The position numbers and the translations under genes are program-made. Below the pieces are notes generated by a model that did no database searches, had not been told where the DNA came from, and saw only the letters and a program-made list of their open reading frames with translations. Source: Camelus ferus (lineage: Eukaryota). Taken from it: a stretch of DNA of 64,000 nt. The stretch spans positions 81,222,001-81,286,000 of the forward strand of contig NC_045697.1 in NCBI RefSeq assembly GCF_009834535.1, written 5' to 3'. Below are positions 38,301-51,986 of the stretch, piece after piece. Numbering within the stretch: position 1 is the stretch's first letter; each line of letters opens with the position of its first letter.

Positions 38301-40799
38301 TGGCCTGTTACAGCAATGACCTTCTCTCTCCTTACTTACTGACCAATGGCTGTCTTTACTTCTCAAAATTAAATAAATGTCCTGCCCTTTGCTTATCTAC
38401 ATGGATCTAATCTCCTAAATTTTAATTGTTTAAATTAAGTAGCCAAAAATAAAATAATTCAAATTTAAAATATAAACAGTGAGGTAAACATCAATCACTT
38501 GTACTACTACAATGCCACAGCCCATTAAAACAAACACAAATAATTAGAGGTGTTTTATCATGATCACCCTTCAATATTAATACATGTTTTGGCTTTAAAT
38601 TTGTATTACTTATTAATTATGAAAACAATAAAGATAAAAGAATTTTCAGTGGAGATCTAGAAAAAGAGTCTTCCAAATAGTACAGTTCAGTTTTCATTCC
38701 TTTGGGAGGTAAAAGGCCTTTGCCAACTGCTTTTGCGGCTGACACTTGGTAATACTCTATTCCCCAGCCCCTAAGCTTTGAGTGCATTACGCGCGCTGAG
38801 TACAACAGGAGGCTTTCTGAGCTGTGGCAGACAAACCGCATAGCTATCTGTCATTCCGTAAACTAAACTGGCCTTGAGCATGGAGTTGGTATAAATGTAT
38901 CTTCATCTTGCTGCTCGTCACACTAACTGCCCCTTCTCAGTCACCCCCAAATCACAGTACCATTTGAACCTATAATAGGAAGTTATTCTACTATAACAGA
39001 TGTATTAGTTTGGTGAGTTATATATGACATGTATGGTATTTCCTCAGTACTTAATGTTTCATCCTTTTCAGGACTAATTGGGCAAAGAATTCCTAGGATT
39101 GTCTCTAAATTGGTGATAGGAGAAAAAGTGAAAAATAGTTTAACCTCTTTCATAGGAAAATTAAGCTGTAACTAACTTAATTTGCAGGTGATCAAACTGA
39201 AATATAGTTGAATTGACAAGGTTGAACATTTTTCAGTCTTACCATAATGGGGGAATTTTCCTTCTAATTTTAACAAGGACTTGATTCTTTAATTTTAAAT
39301 TGTTTATATTTAATTTAATTGCTAAAATTTAATACTTTAAAGTTTTATTACTAACTCTATGAACATTTATTGAATACCTATTATATGTTTGGTGCTACAT
39401 TGCCTAAAAAGAGTAATAATTCATTTATCACTTTTTCTATTCATTTTTCACTAAATAGTTGTTGACTGTATTTACAGAACTAGGGAGTGACCTAGAGCTT
39501 AGTATGTTTTTTCTAGGATTTCTGATCCAGAAGGGAATCTCTGAGTTGGCCTTAAGAATAGCCTCAAAGATATGATAAACTCTTATAGATCTTTCTGGAT
39601 GGACGAGATGGGGACATTTTCACTATACAATTTTTGTCATACACACATCAAATGTAATATATTTCAAGACAGCATAATAAAAACTATTATGTCATAAATA
39701 TACCATTTGTCTTTTCCTTATTGCCATATGGTTACCAATGACTTTTATTCATAGCCTGTTGTGATGAGATGATTTTGTAGTTCTCTTTTGAGTAAATTCA
39801 TGGACTGTCTAAGTCTAGCTCCATAAATTCAATATTTTAGAAGATTTTTCCTTTACCTAGACTCATAGTTTACTCAAGATTTCTTCCAGATTTCAACTAA
39901 AATTTTAGATGGTAATCTTGAGTAGAAGTTGTTGCATTTGCCTCAACTTCACTTATCTTCTATATTTATTTGGCAATAGTATGTGGCAGTGACATATGTG
40001 ATTGTCTTTGAAAGACACAGGCACGGCTTTATAGGATTTACAAATAGCTTATTTTATGATATTGGACCAAAAAATATCACACACATACTATAGTTAACAC
40101 AGCGGATTGCCATTGCTCTTGCCTAAAGCAATCACACACACTTGCACTCACTCGTGTGGATGTCAGACGGCGCACTGTGTTTTCTGAGGTTGATACAATC
40201 TGCCTATTAGCCCTCCCATAAACTGCAGAGCTTCAAATGTTTTGAGATGAGGTCACAGCAATTTCCCTGATCTTTCAGTGCTTTACTAAATAATTTACTA
40301 GAGTTACCTTCCAATAAGTATTTCTGGGGGAAAGAAACTCCTCATAAAACTCACTGAATTAACCACTCACTTGCTTCTGAAATAGCCGTTCTGGACAAAT
40401 GAGTCATTGATATATAGCACAGTGTCGGTAATGTGCTGTGCTCTCTTTAAAATTTTGAGAATGAGTTCATTGAAAACAGGTAATTAAACAAGAGAGGGAA
40501 CTGAATTGGAGAAGACTTTTGCAGTTGGACTGTCATCTCCAAAATCATTTGTTAAAATATCTGTATGGACACCAAACTATTATTAACTCTTCAAGAAATA
40601 GTTCTGTCGTATGCTCTTTCTGTCTTCCTTTCACCCTGTCAGATGACGATTTACTCTTTTGTGTCACATTATACTAGGGTACTTTATACTTTCACTTTTA
40701 AAGTGAATATAAGTTATAGAGTCTCAGCTTCGTGATTCTTACAGAGATCAACAAGCAAGAAGCATACATGCTAAGAATCTGTTGAGAAGTGGAAAATTG

Positions 40800-42075
40800 C
40801 AGGAACATACATCATAACAATGTAAATTCTTCCAATCCAAGAACTTGTATATTCCTACTTTTTTAGGTCTTTAATTTCTCTAAGTGATGTTTGGTGGTTT
40901 TCAATGTAAAATGTTTTGCATATTTGCATGGTTCTTTGCTATAATGTTCTATAGATACCAATTAGGTCACTTTTGTTGCTAGCATTATTCAAGTCTTCTG
41001 CATCTTTGCTAAATTTTTATTACTTTTTCTGTCAAGTACTGAAAGAAGAGTCTTAAAAATCTCCATCTATGATTACGGATTTGTCTGTTTTATCATTATT
41101 TTAATAATACAGCCATTATGTATTTTGCAACTTCATTATCAGTTGTGTACATGTTTAGGATTAGTATGTCTTTTTCTTGATGAATTGGCCCTCTCATTAT
41201 TATGAAAATCACTGTTCATATCTGGTGGCACTATTTATGCTGAATTTTATTGTCTGCTATTAATCTGTACATACTGGCTTTCTTTGCTTTATGCTTTCAT
41301 GCCTCTATTTTTTCTACCCTTTCACTTTTACTCTTGATAGTTAAAATGAGTTTCCTATAAATAGCATAGAGTTGGAGCTTGCATCAATGTTATATTCTGT
41401 CTTTTAACTGGAGTCTGAATCACTTAAATTTAAATAATTACTGATACAGTTATGTTTTACATCAACCGTCTCAGTGTTTATTTTCGGTGTGTCTCATACT
41501 TTTTTTTTTGTCCTTTATTCTTCCATTTAAGCATTCTTTTGGGTAAATGGAACATTTCATGTTCTAGTCATTCCCCTGTTTTGACTTTTTAGCTATAGTA
41601 ATTTTTAAATGCTTTAAATATTATAATATGTATCTTTAAGGCATTATAGTATATATTCAAATAATATACTACTTGGCTGACAATGTAAGGGCCTTACAAT
41701 ACTACAATCCTGTAATTATTTTCTCTGTGCTCTTGGCATATATTTTACTGATACATATGCTGTGAATTCCAAAATACATTGCTATTTCTGTCACTTTAAA
41801 CAGTTAATAGGCTTTTAAAAAATTAAATTCTGTATGTACAGAACATAAAGACATCAATAATATTAATCTCTTATTGGTGTTCTTAATTGCTTCCTACAGA
41901 TACTGGCTTTTATGTGGCATTATTTCACTTCCGATTTAAGAACATCTTTTTACCATTTCTCATAGGTTATATGTATTGAAAACAAACCCTTTCAATTTTC
42001 ATTTTATCTCAAATGTTATTTCACCTTGATTTTTGAAGAATATATTTACAGGGTACAGGACTCTAAGTCTCAGAT
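40800..42075 (-). mobile_element. Old L1M ORF2 fragment
   Basis: attcttccaatccaagaac, aaatctccatctatgattacggatttgtct, tgaattggccctctcattattatgaaa, cttgatttttgaagaatatattt. Confidence 0.8.
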
Positions 42076-43370
42076 TGTTATGGACTACATGTTTGTATCC
42101 CCCCTAAATTCATATGTTGAAGCCGTAACCCCCAGTGTGTGGTATTTGGACATGTGTCCTTTGGGAGGTCATTAGAGTTAGATTAGGTAATAACTGTGGG
42201 GCCTTCATGATGGGATTAGTGGAAAGAGATACCTCTCTGTATTTCTACATTCAGGAAAAGGCATGTGAAGATGTAGCAAAAGTCAGCTCTCTTAAATCCG
42301 GGGAAAAAATCAGCTAGAAGTTTGATCTTAGAGTTTCCAGCTTTCAAGACGGTGAGAAATAAATCTGATGCTTAATCCACCATCTATAGTGCTTTGCTAG
42401 GGCAGCTTGAACAAACAAATGCAGATTTTTTACTGAGAAGTAGGGTGCTACTGTAACAAAAACTTAGAAGTATAGAGGCAATTTTGGAACTGGGTAATGG
42501 GTAGAAACTGGAGGATTTTTCAGATACATACTAGAAACATGGACAGTCTGGTGAAATCTTTTGCATGTGGATATTCGTTTTTTCCAAGACAATTTATTTC
42601 AGAGACTGTATAGAGGATTATTCTTGAGCATAAGATCTGATGGAATTTGCCTTGCTAGGTTTTGGACTGGACTTATTTGGGACCTGTTACCCTTTCCTTC
42701 TTAGCTATTTCTCCCTTTTGGAATGGGAATGTCTACTTATGCCTGCCCCAACATTGTGTTTTCAAAACACTTCTCCAGTTTTACAAGTTCACAGCTGGAC
42801 AGGAATTCTGCCTTAAGATGAGCTGTATCGCAAGTCTCACTATGTCTGACTTAGATGACATTTAGATAAAACTTTGACTTCAGACTTTATGCTGGAATGA
42901 GTTAAGATCTGGGGAGCTGTTGGGATAGAATGAACGTATTTTGCACGTGAGAAGGACATGAACTCTGGGAAGCCAGAGAAAGAGTGGACTGAATGTTTGT
43001 GTCCCTCAAAATTCATATGCTGAAGCCTTCATCCTCAACATTACATTTGGAGATGTGGCCTTTAGGAGGTAACACAGGTTAGAGAAGTCCATGAAGGTGG
43101 GGCTGTCACATGGGATTAGTGGCTTTATAATAAGAGGAAGAGAGAGAAAGATCACTCTGTCTGCATACAGGCACCTAGGAAAGGCTGTGTGAGGACACAG
43201 CAAGGAGACAGCCATCTGCAAGCCAGGAAGAAAGGTCTCACCAGGAAGTGAATCAACCTTCACCTGGATTTTGGACTTCGCAGTTTCCAGAACTGTGAGA
43301 AATAAATCTCTGTTGCATTAGCCACCCAACTTATGGTAATTTGTTACGGTGGCTCAAGTAGACTAATACA
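42076..43370 (+). mobile_element. MLT1A-like MaLR provirus: LTR 42076-42423, truncated internal region, LTR 42985-43370
   Basis: Both LTRs have atgtttgt(a/g)tccc...aaattcatatg(t/c)tgaagcc and gtgagaaataaatct. Internal region has ttggaactgggtaatgggtaga. TG...CA ends; TSD cagat/caggt. Confidence 0.9.
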
Positions 43371-43750
43371 CAGGTTTTATTTTTCTCTTTAGGCATTTTA
43401 AAGATGTCTTTCAATGTCTTCAAGCCTTTCATTTCTGGTAAGTCAGCCGTGATTTGTATAGTTGCTCCCCTATATGTATGCTTCTTTTGGATTTTCTCCT
43501 TTACTTTGGTTTTCTGTAGCTTGGACATAATTTGCCTAAGTGAGATTTTTTTTCCTTTCTTTCTTTTTTTGTATTTTTTTTCTTGTTTTTTGCCTGATTT
43601 CTTGAATATGATGTTAATATCTTTCATCAATTTTGGAATATTCTTGGAATATTCTCAGCCATTATATCTTAAAATATTTTGCCTTCCTTATTTAGTCTCT
43701 TCTTCTGTCACTCCAATTAACATAAGATAGATAGAGCTCTTGATATCTGT
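43371..43750 (-). mobile_element. Continuation of the old L1M (ORF1 region)
   Basis: Minus-strand ORF1-like SKLQKTKVKEKIQK...TYRGATIQITADL...KDIFK. Confidence 0.8.
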
Positions 43751-45077
43751 AACTTCATTTTGTCAAATGGCTCCCTGTGATTTCGGTATCTTAAATGGTT
43801 GTCTGAATACAGACTTGGAATTTCAGATGATATAAAAGACAGTTTGTATATAAACTCTTCATTCTTTAAAACACAATCTAAATTTCTTTTAAATTGTGTC
43901 TAAAAATAAAGCTGCTATGCACTTTGCTCAGTTAAAATAAGAGATGAAACTTTACTTAAGAAAACTTAGCAACCATTCAGCAACATTTGATTAAATAAAA
44001 TGCTGACGTTTATCACTAGCTCAGAATTGGATAATACAAACATTGGTAATCAAAGAAGCCTATGTTGTAGGGTTTTTTTTCCCATTGATGATAGTTTAGT
44101 TTTCTTATGCAATTTAATTGCAGTGCCTTTCCTTTCCAGCAGTCACCACAATATGGGGCAACTCGCCACTGACAAGTAAAACACAGAAAAATAATAAAAT
44201 CATCCATGATACTTACATTCAGTTTGCCTTCAGAAGTTTAGCAGTCAGACATAACATGCTTATCTTACCCCACTATACGACTCGTCTGTTGAATAGTTTC
44301 CATTCATCTCTATGTCACGTGTCTACTGGTACCTAAACAATTCCCTTAACCTCACTGCACAGCTGTCATGCCACCCTGATGCTTATCTGATTTCTACATT
44401 CTGAGAAAAGTCTTATCACTTATCCCTTCAGATACACCATTCAACTCTCTCTCTTAACCTTTCATTATACTTCATGCACCATCAAACTTTCTACTTTTAT
44501 AACAGTTTCCGACCAACACTAAAGCATCACTTTTTTTTTCCATGCTTCAATCTCCATGTGTACTTGCTTTTCTAAAATGATTGATAGCTTTATGAACTGA
44601 CATTTCTTATAAGATCTACTGCTGTCAACTTAGACACCCCTTTTCTTAAGTATTTAATGTGTTAGAGAAATAGCAATATCAAGTAATAATAGACAACAAA
44701 AATCTATTTATTTAAGGTCTACTTATCTCCAAATCATAAGTAATACAATATCTATAATTTATTTAAAAATATCTTATCTCTCTGAAGAACTGCAGAAGTT
44801 ACTTTATTTTATATTCCAATATATCTTCCTAAGGCAAAAGGATTCTATTTCACCTGAAACCCAACCTCTAATAACAGAAATACAAAATAACATATTTAAC
44901 TTATAATAGTTACATGGCCCTACAGGAAGAGTGTTGCAGATACATAGACCAGTTGTTAACTTTTCATGTCTACATTCAAAAACACATAGTTTGTTAATTT
45001 TAATAGAAGAATTGTAATAATTCATGAAAGACTTTACAAGCAGGATACATAAATAGCAAAATGAAAAAGAGAGAGTT

Positions 45078-45197
45078 TCTGTGTCTGTGTCTGTGTCTGT
45101 GTCTGTGTCTGTGTCTGTGTCTGTGTGTGTGTTTGTGTGTATGTCTCTGTGTGTGTCTGTGTGTGTGTGTCTGTGTGTCTGTGCCTCTGTGTGTGTG
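45078..45197. repeat. (TCTGTG)8 microsatellite followed by degenerate (TG)n
   Basis: Direct reading of the sequence. Confidence 0.95.
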
Positions 45198-45999
45198 CCT
45201 ATGCCAGAAGTGGGTGGAGAAGTGAAAGGAGGATTTAATGACCACCTAAAATGAGTACTAGAGTCTTAGACCTAATCCATCATTTCAGAAAACAAAATAA
45301 AACAAACAAAAAAATACAAACCAATAGGGAGGCAACAATTGATTCTAACCGTCAGTGCTATCATCATAAAACAAATGATAATTTATCAATTTTACAATCT
45401 AGATATTAGGCCTGTTAAAGCCAGGTATTCCTGAGGCCATTTTTTACAACCAGAAAAACATCTTTTTTTAACATTTATCACTGATATATGGGAGCTTTCA
45501 CTTATAAATGGCTGGGTTATCTGATGGGAAATTGAACTGGCATCTTAAATTTTCACAACCTGATGTTATGGCTCAATGTCACTCTAAATCAATGCTGTTA
45601 TTATTTGATGGTTACAAAATAAAACTATCATCCCAACACCATAGTTTAAGTGACCTCACTTGCTCTTTTTTCTTACTGGAATTTCTTCACCTAAATAAGT
45701 AAAATAAATATTTTATATTGGAGTAAGTGCTTGCTCTATGGTTCTGAAGATAAAGATATAACTTAAAATAAATTATAATTCCTGTAATGTAAAGGTTGAT
45801 GTAAATATCTTCTCAACACCATAACTGATTTTGCTGACTATGCTAACTTTGCCAAGTGATCAAGCACTTCATGAATAACTCAATTAACAGAATTTTCTAC
45901 CTCTAACTTGTGACTTTTCTTTTTTGCCTTTTATAAACTGTACTTAAATGTATAAAGAACACAAAAAAAAATCCCTCCCTGGAAAAAAAGACACCAAAA

Positions 46000-47290
46000 T
46001 TTTTTTGCTCCCTCAGTATTATTCCATCTGTCCTTTTATTGGCAAGCGTCTTTGAAAAACAAGCTACATTTATTCCTTTCTTTCCAATAATTTAGCTAGA
46101 ATCAGCACTATCATAAATTTCTACTAAGAAAATCTAATTGCAGAATAGATCTTTTTCTCAGTCTTTATTTTCTTTGATCACATTTTACAAATTCTGTCTT
46201 TTTATGATAGGATTTATTAAACTGGGTAGGCTTCTTCTATTACTCCTATCTTTTCTATTGCAGTGGCTTTCCTCATCTTTCAATGTAGAGTAATTCCTAA
46301 GCCTCATACTTACTTCTTTCACTCCTAAGAAATTTATATACTTTTAAAATAAAATTATTTTAACTATCACCATATTACATATGCCCATTAAATACACATC
46401 TAGCTTGGAACTCTTTCCTGAGTCACAGTCCATTTGCTAATTGCCTAAGGAACTTCTCAAGTCAAATGTCTTCCATCACCTCAAGTTCAGTATATCTAAA
46501 ATTTAATCCGTCTCCATTTCAAAATCAGACTCCTTCCAGTGTTCTGATTTCCTCTAACGCTGCAATCATTTCTAATGTTTTTCCCAAGGCTAAAACCAAT
46601 CAAGGTCATGCTCCAGTCTCTCAACATCTGCCACCTACTGTGTCTTCAAGAGTTTTCCTCTCATGATCCACTTTTTAATCTTTTCATTGCCTCCAGCTAC
46701 TCCAGACTCTTACCTACCCAGTACTAGACCATTGTCAATGTTAGCCCAGTCAAAAATAGTCAGTGGCTACATATTATATACTGTAGCTTATACAAATGCT
46801 ATTGTCTGACACACAGAATCCTCTCAAATGTGTCTCTCGTGTCATTTTCCGAGCCTACCTCCCAGAGTTGTCCTTCTGCCATCCAAGTCCACATCATATT
46901 AAATGAAGTTCCAGTGGGGAAATTTTTCTGTGTACATCATCTGTGTTCCATCTTCCATGGGAAATGACATTCTGCTCAACTTTCATATTCACCTATTCGA
47001 GTTGAATTTATTATTCAAAGCCTAGAGCAAATATTGGTTTCTCCTCTAAGCCTAAATGATGCCTCTCCTACCTCCCCAGCCAACCAGCTTGAACTAACAG
47101 CTCAGCCACATGGACTGCACTTAAAGTCCTGCCTTGAGTACATTATTTACACCATTTAATGACATTCTACCATAAGTAAATTATGGATGCATTATACTTC
47201 CAGTTGGACTTAAGAATAGTCCATTATATTTGTATCTGCTACCACTTTACCATACTTAGTGTGGGGTCTCAAACATTTATTGAATGAATA
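46000..47290 (+). mobile_element. Long degraded L2
   Basis: tctttattttctttgatc, ctctttcctgagtcacagtcc, tattcaaagcctagagcaaat; tail ctcaaacatttattgaatgaat. Confidence 0.7.
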
Positions 47291-47311
47291 ACTCAATTAA
47301 CTGAAATTCCT

Positions 47312-47782
47312 TGTGTTAATTTTATCTGTCAACTTGCCTGGACCACAGGATACCCAGACATTTGTTCAGATGTTATCCTAGGGGAGTCTGTGAGGGTGTT
47401 TCTGGATGAGACTGATACCTGAATTGGGAGACTGAGTAAAGAAGATTGCCTTCCCTAATATGGGTTGGCCTCATTTAGTCAATTGAAGATTTAAATGGAG
47501 AAAAAGGCTGAGTAAGAGGGAACTCCTCCTATCTGACAGTTTGAGCTGGGGCATCAGTCTTTTCTTGCCTGTAGACTAAAATGAAAAGGCAGCACTTTCT
47601 GGATCTTGAGCTTTCTGGCTTTCAGATTGGATCTTACACCATCAGCCCTCCAGGGTCTTCAGATTATGGGACTTCCCAGCCTCCATAATCATGTGACCCA
47701 ATCCCTTATAATAAATCAATCTCCCTGTCTCTATCTCTATCTCTTATTGATTGTGTTTCTCTTGAGAACCCTGACTAATACA
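47312..47782 (+). mobile_element. MLT2 (ERVL) solo LTR
   Basis: gttaattttatctgtcaacttg, gagtaaagaagattgccttccctaat, cagcctccataatcatgtga; ends gagaaccctgactaataca. Confidence 0.9.
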
Positions 47783-47794
47783 TGAATATATTAA

Positions 47795-48016
47795 TTTATT
47801 CCAATGTTATTGAGATAAAATTGAATGTAACACTGTATTAGTTTAAGGTGTATAATATAATGATTTGATATATGTATATATCGCAAAATGATTACCACAA
47901 GTTTACTGACTATTCATCACCTCACATACTTACAATTTTTCTTTCTTGTGATGAGAACTTTTAAGATCTATTCTCTAAGCAAGTTTCAAATATACTACAA
48001 AATATTGCTAACTATC
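47795..48016 (-). mobile_element. L1MA9-like 3' end
   Basis: gtttaaggtgtataatataatgatttgatatatgtatatatcgcaaaatgattaccaca...gtgatgagaacttttaagatcta. Confidence 0.8.
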
Positions 48017-51000
48017 AGAATCAGACTTCAGAGTAGTTTTGGAAAAAAATGAGAGATCTTAAAATTAAGAAATCGTTTTTCTTTAACAGAACCTAGGGAT
48101 TTATTGTGCTTTTGAAATGAATTTTATTGCTCAATTAGTTACTTGATGTTTAAGTATGAAACAGTTTCTATTACAATTAAGTCACTCAAACAGAACAAAC
48201 ACTTAAAGGTTGTCAAATATTACTAATTGTCATTAAGGGAGAACATTCTATTTAAGAAAGCAAATTAGCTTTTTAAAACTTCAGCAAACTATTATAGGAA
48301 AAGCAAGGATAGATTACTAAGTATTTTCTTTGCTTAATGTCACTTTCAAATTCTATGGAATTCAATTACTTTAAGGGCATTTTTTTCAACATACATATTT
48401 TTCTTCTTTGCTTTATCCACCAAACATATCATCCATATAAAGAGCCACATAATATTTTTCTGCATGAAACATTGCTACATACAATACTCTTTTCTCCAGA
48501 GCACTCCCTCCATAGCCATTTCTTCCTTCCCTAAACACAGGTAAATTCCCAGTATCATCTTAACTCCATTCAGGCTGTGAATCCTTACACACCATGAAGG
48601 TTAGTTTGGACAACACCACACAAGGATTTGATTTTTCCTTGCCACCTAAGTCACTCCTTTGAAAGGAAGACATTTTATTTCCTAAAGGAATGTGTAGTAA
48701 AACATTCAGATGACAAGGTGTGAAGCCAGTGTAAAAATATGCTAGCTATACCATAGAATGTCTTGATTACTTAGGAATAAGAAAGCAGTAGTTTATCTAG
48801 AACAGTGCACCCCAAACATTTTGGGCTAGAGATCATTGAGAAGTGAAGCACAGGCCCCCAGAGCCCAGCTTCACAGCCCTTTCCTAATCTGGTAGGCAGA
48901 GAGAGGAGTGGAGAGTAGCACGTATTTTTTTTGCTTATAACAATTACAGATCTTTTCCCATAAAAAATTGGAGAAGAAAAATGTAATACATATTACTGTA
49001 TTAATAAAGGTATGATATTATGGATCAGTAGTAGGGGCTTGGATATATGTATCTGAACAATACTTATTTTCCTCAAGATCTAGTTATTTTTATAAATCAA
49101 AATGCAGTTGAAGCATGCCTATGTCGGTCACTAAACACTCCTGTACCCCAAATATTTAAAATTACTAATTATAAGTGAAATTAAACTAATAGTAATTTAC
49201 TTTCAAAAATAGAAAAAGATAACCATTGAGAGCAAAGACCAACCCCACTCCTGATGTACTGATTTCCAAGTCTCTTCAACCCAAATTGCAACATTTGCAT
49301 ATGTGCATGTGCAGCAGAAATTTTGCCATATTAACTAGTATGATGGGTAGCAGGTTTCTTCATACAAGACAGAGTTAAGATCCTCTGTACAATACGGAAA
49401 TGTGTTAATTTGAATTTTGTTTATGAAACCTCTTTTTCAATATAAACAATATAGGCACTGAGGAGTCATTAACTATTTTAAAATTCCTCTTTGGAAGCAA
49501 TTTCACCTGCATTATTTTGACTTTATTTTTTCACAAATGGCTAAAAGTGAAGGAACTCAATCAAAATTATTAAAGTGTGTTTCCATATAATTCTATTCAA
49601 ATAAGTGATTTGTCAGTGATTGCAAGATGGACTATAAATCTTCTTTTACCAATTAGTACCCTGGGCAGAATTTTACATAAACACCAGGAGACAAAATTAA
49701 ATGGTGTCTGTGGTAGATGTGTGTTATTTTACTTTTTAAGATTCCAAAATTCAGAATCTTCATAAAATAAGTTGTAAAGCTAAGATAATAAAGCACTTAT
49801 AAAATTTATAAAATTATTATTAAGCTTACTGTTCCTTCCTGGTCAGTAAAATATATATCAATCAATACAATCAAAAATAAGGCACTGGAAGGTGAAAACT
49901 GTGATCTTCTATAATTCCTCCTTTTTTTCAAAACAGTGTGTCAGTTCTTATATTTATTGAGAAGTATACTTTCTCTGTCAGAACACAGCTGCTAATTTTT
50001 AAGGTAATAACCATAAACTCTAAGACAACACATCCTCCATGCCTTCTTTATAGCTCTCTCTTCAAAACCATCTCCTCTTTCTTGTTGTTTTTCTCCAAAT
50101 ATTCATTTAACAATTCTTGTCCTCTTTTACCATTTCTTGTGGATCCTGCATGATCAGCAATGTGGTTGTCAAATAACTTAGACTAAGGAAAGGTTCCTCA
50201 CCTATAAAATATCTGGCTTTGCTTTAACTATTTGAAAAATGTTTTCAGACATTTTATGCCAAATACATAATTCTGGGTAAATTGCTAACCTAGCCTAACG
50301 GGCTTCTTAGGTATCCCCCTGAACAGAATATGCTATTAAGGGAAACTTTTTAAAAACTTTCATGAAAATGTACATTTCTTTAAACAAGGATTATACATGT
50401 ATGTACAGACTGTTACAGAATATATTACCTGGGAAAAGGAGTCAGAGCAACTGACCTGTGATCTGAGCTTTCCCTTTTTTGAGGACATCCTCAGAAAAAA
50501 AGAACAGAAGGCAGGTGACCTAGTCTAGTCTTGTCAGCTGAATCTTTGGGTAAATAACCTGATTCAATTTGCTAGAAGGAAGAGACCAGATTTTTGAAAT
50601 GCCCTGAGAATTAAGATTATTTACAGTAAATTGAACTCTGCATCTCTCTATGAGAATATTATATAAGCCATGAAACCTTCAGGTTACAAAATGAACAAAT
50701 TTCATAATTTAACTTCTCCCCATTGTGCTAGGAACCTCAAAACCTCCCCCTGGGACCTCACTCTATTGGGTGAGACTGGCGTGTTTAACATGGGAAGATG
50801 GGACCTGGAGGGCAGCCTTGTCATCCTGGAACATTTTCTGCTTCATTTGAGCTTCTTGCTTGCTTGTATCCTTGAAATTCTGGAAAGTGTGAGACTATAT
50901 GATACTTAACCCATGTCAGTCTGATTTGACAATATGGTTCTGTTTTCTAGCTCAGAACCTTCCCTGGAGAAAGAATGACTTTGATGAGGCAAAGATATGC

Positions 51001-51924
51001 AATTTCCTGATAAAACTTATCTTGTCAACATGAAGAAACAAACCGTACACCCAAAAATAAACTTAAAACTAAAAGATATATTTGAGAGTTCTTGAAAGAA
51101 TCTTATTTTGGGGGGAAATTTAAATTTATTAGTAAGCTTCCATCTCTGTTATTTGTTCTTCATAATGACCATGATCAAAGCTGATTTTTTTCCATAAAAG
51201 TCCTATTGACTTGCTATTATGTGAATAGCATGCATTACATTTCTAGAATTCATAGATCCTGTGGTATATATTTATCACCATAGATGAATAGAAATTAGTA
51301 TACAGGGACATAATTTAAAGTGATGCCTGAAGTATTTACTTTCAAGCTGACCAGTCCTGGACACATTTCTAAAAGCATGTTTACACTATGACTTTGTTGA
51401 TGAGAGTTTGTGTAAATCCTACAAAAATCTCTTACAGACTGAACCAATTTCTCAAATAATATCTGTTCAGTTTGTTCCTTTCTATCAAAGTGTCACTTAG
51501 ATTAGTGAGCTAATACTCGTATTGCTATTGAACGGGTTTTATAGTCTTAAAATTAATATTTATGACTTTCCATTCATATTACTGAATGTCATAAATGAGT
51601 GCTTTTCTTTCCAAAACTACTTGCTCTAGTTCTAGAATAATAAAGCTTACTTTTACCTTTCAACTTTTTGGGGTAGCCAACTTTCCATTTGATTGCACGT
51701 AGGTAAACCTGAAGTTAATTTCCTATAACAAACATGTTCTGTCATTGATTTTAGTGGAGTTTATTGTGTTTATGGAAACACATTGCTTTGGGTCAGTTTA
51801 GGGCTCTGAAAGAAAGATGTGTTGTAAGTCACTGTCTAAAACAGGAAATATGGTGGAGACTAACTTCTCAGTAAAATATATTTGAAGTACAGTTTCTGCA
51901 TGCTTGTTCTCAAAAACAGTCCTA

Positions 51925-51986
51925 TACATACACAAATTTACACACACATGTACACAGTCATATGCATACACACACTCAGACACACG
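51925..51986. repeat. Degenerate (CA)n tract
   Basis: atacatacacaaatttacacacacatgtacac...cacacactcagacacacg. Confidence 0.7.
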
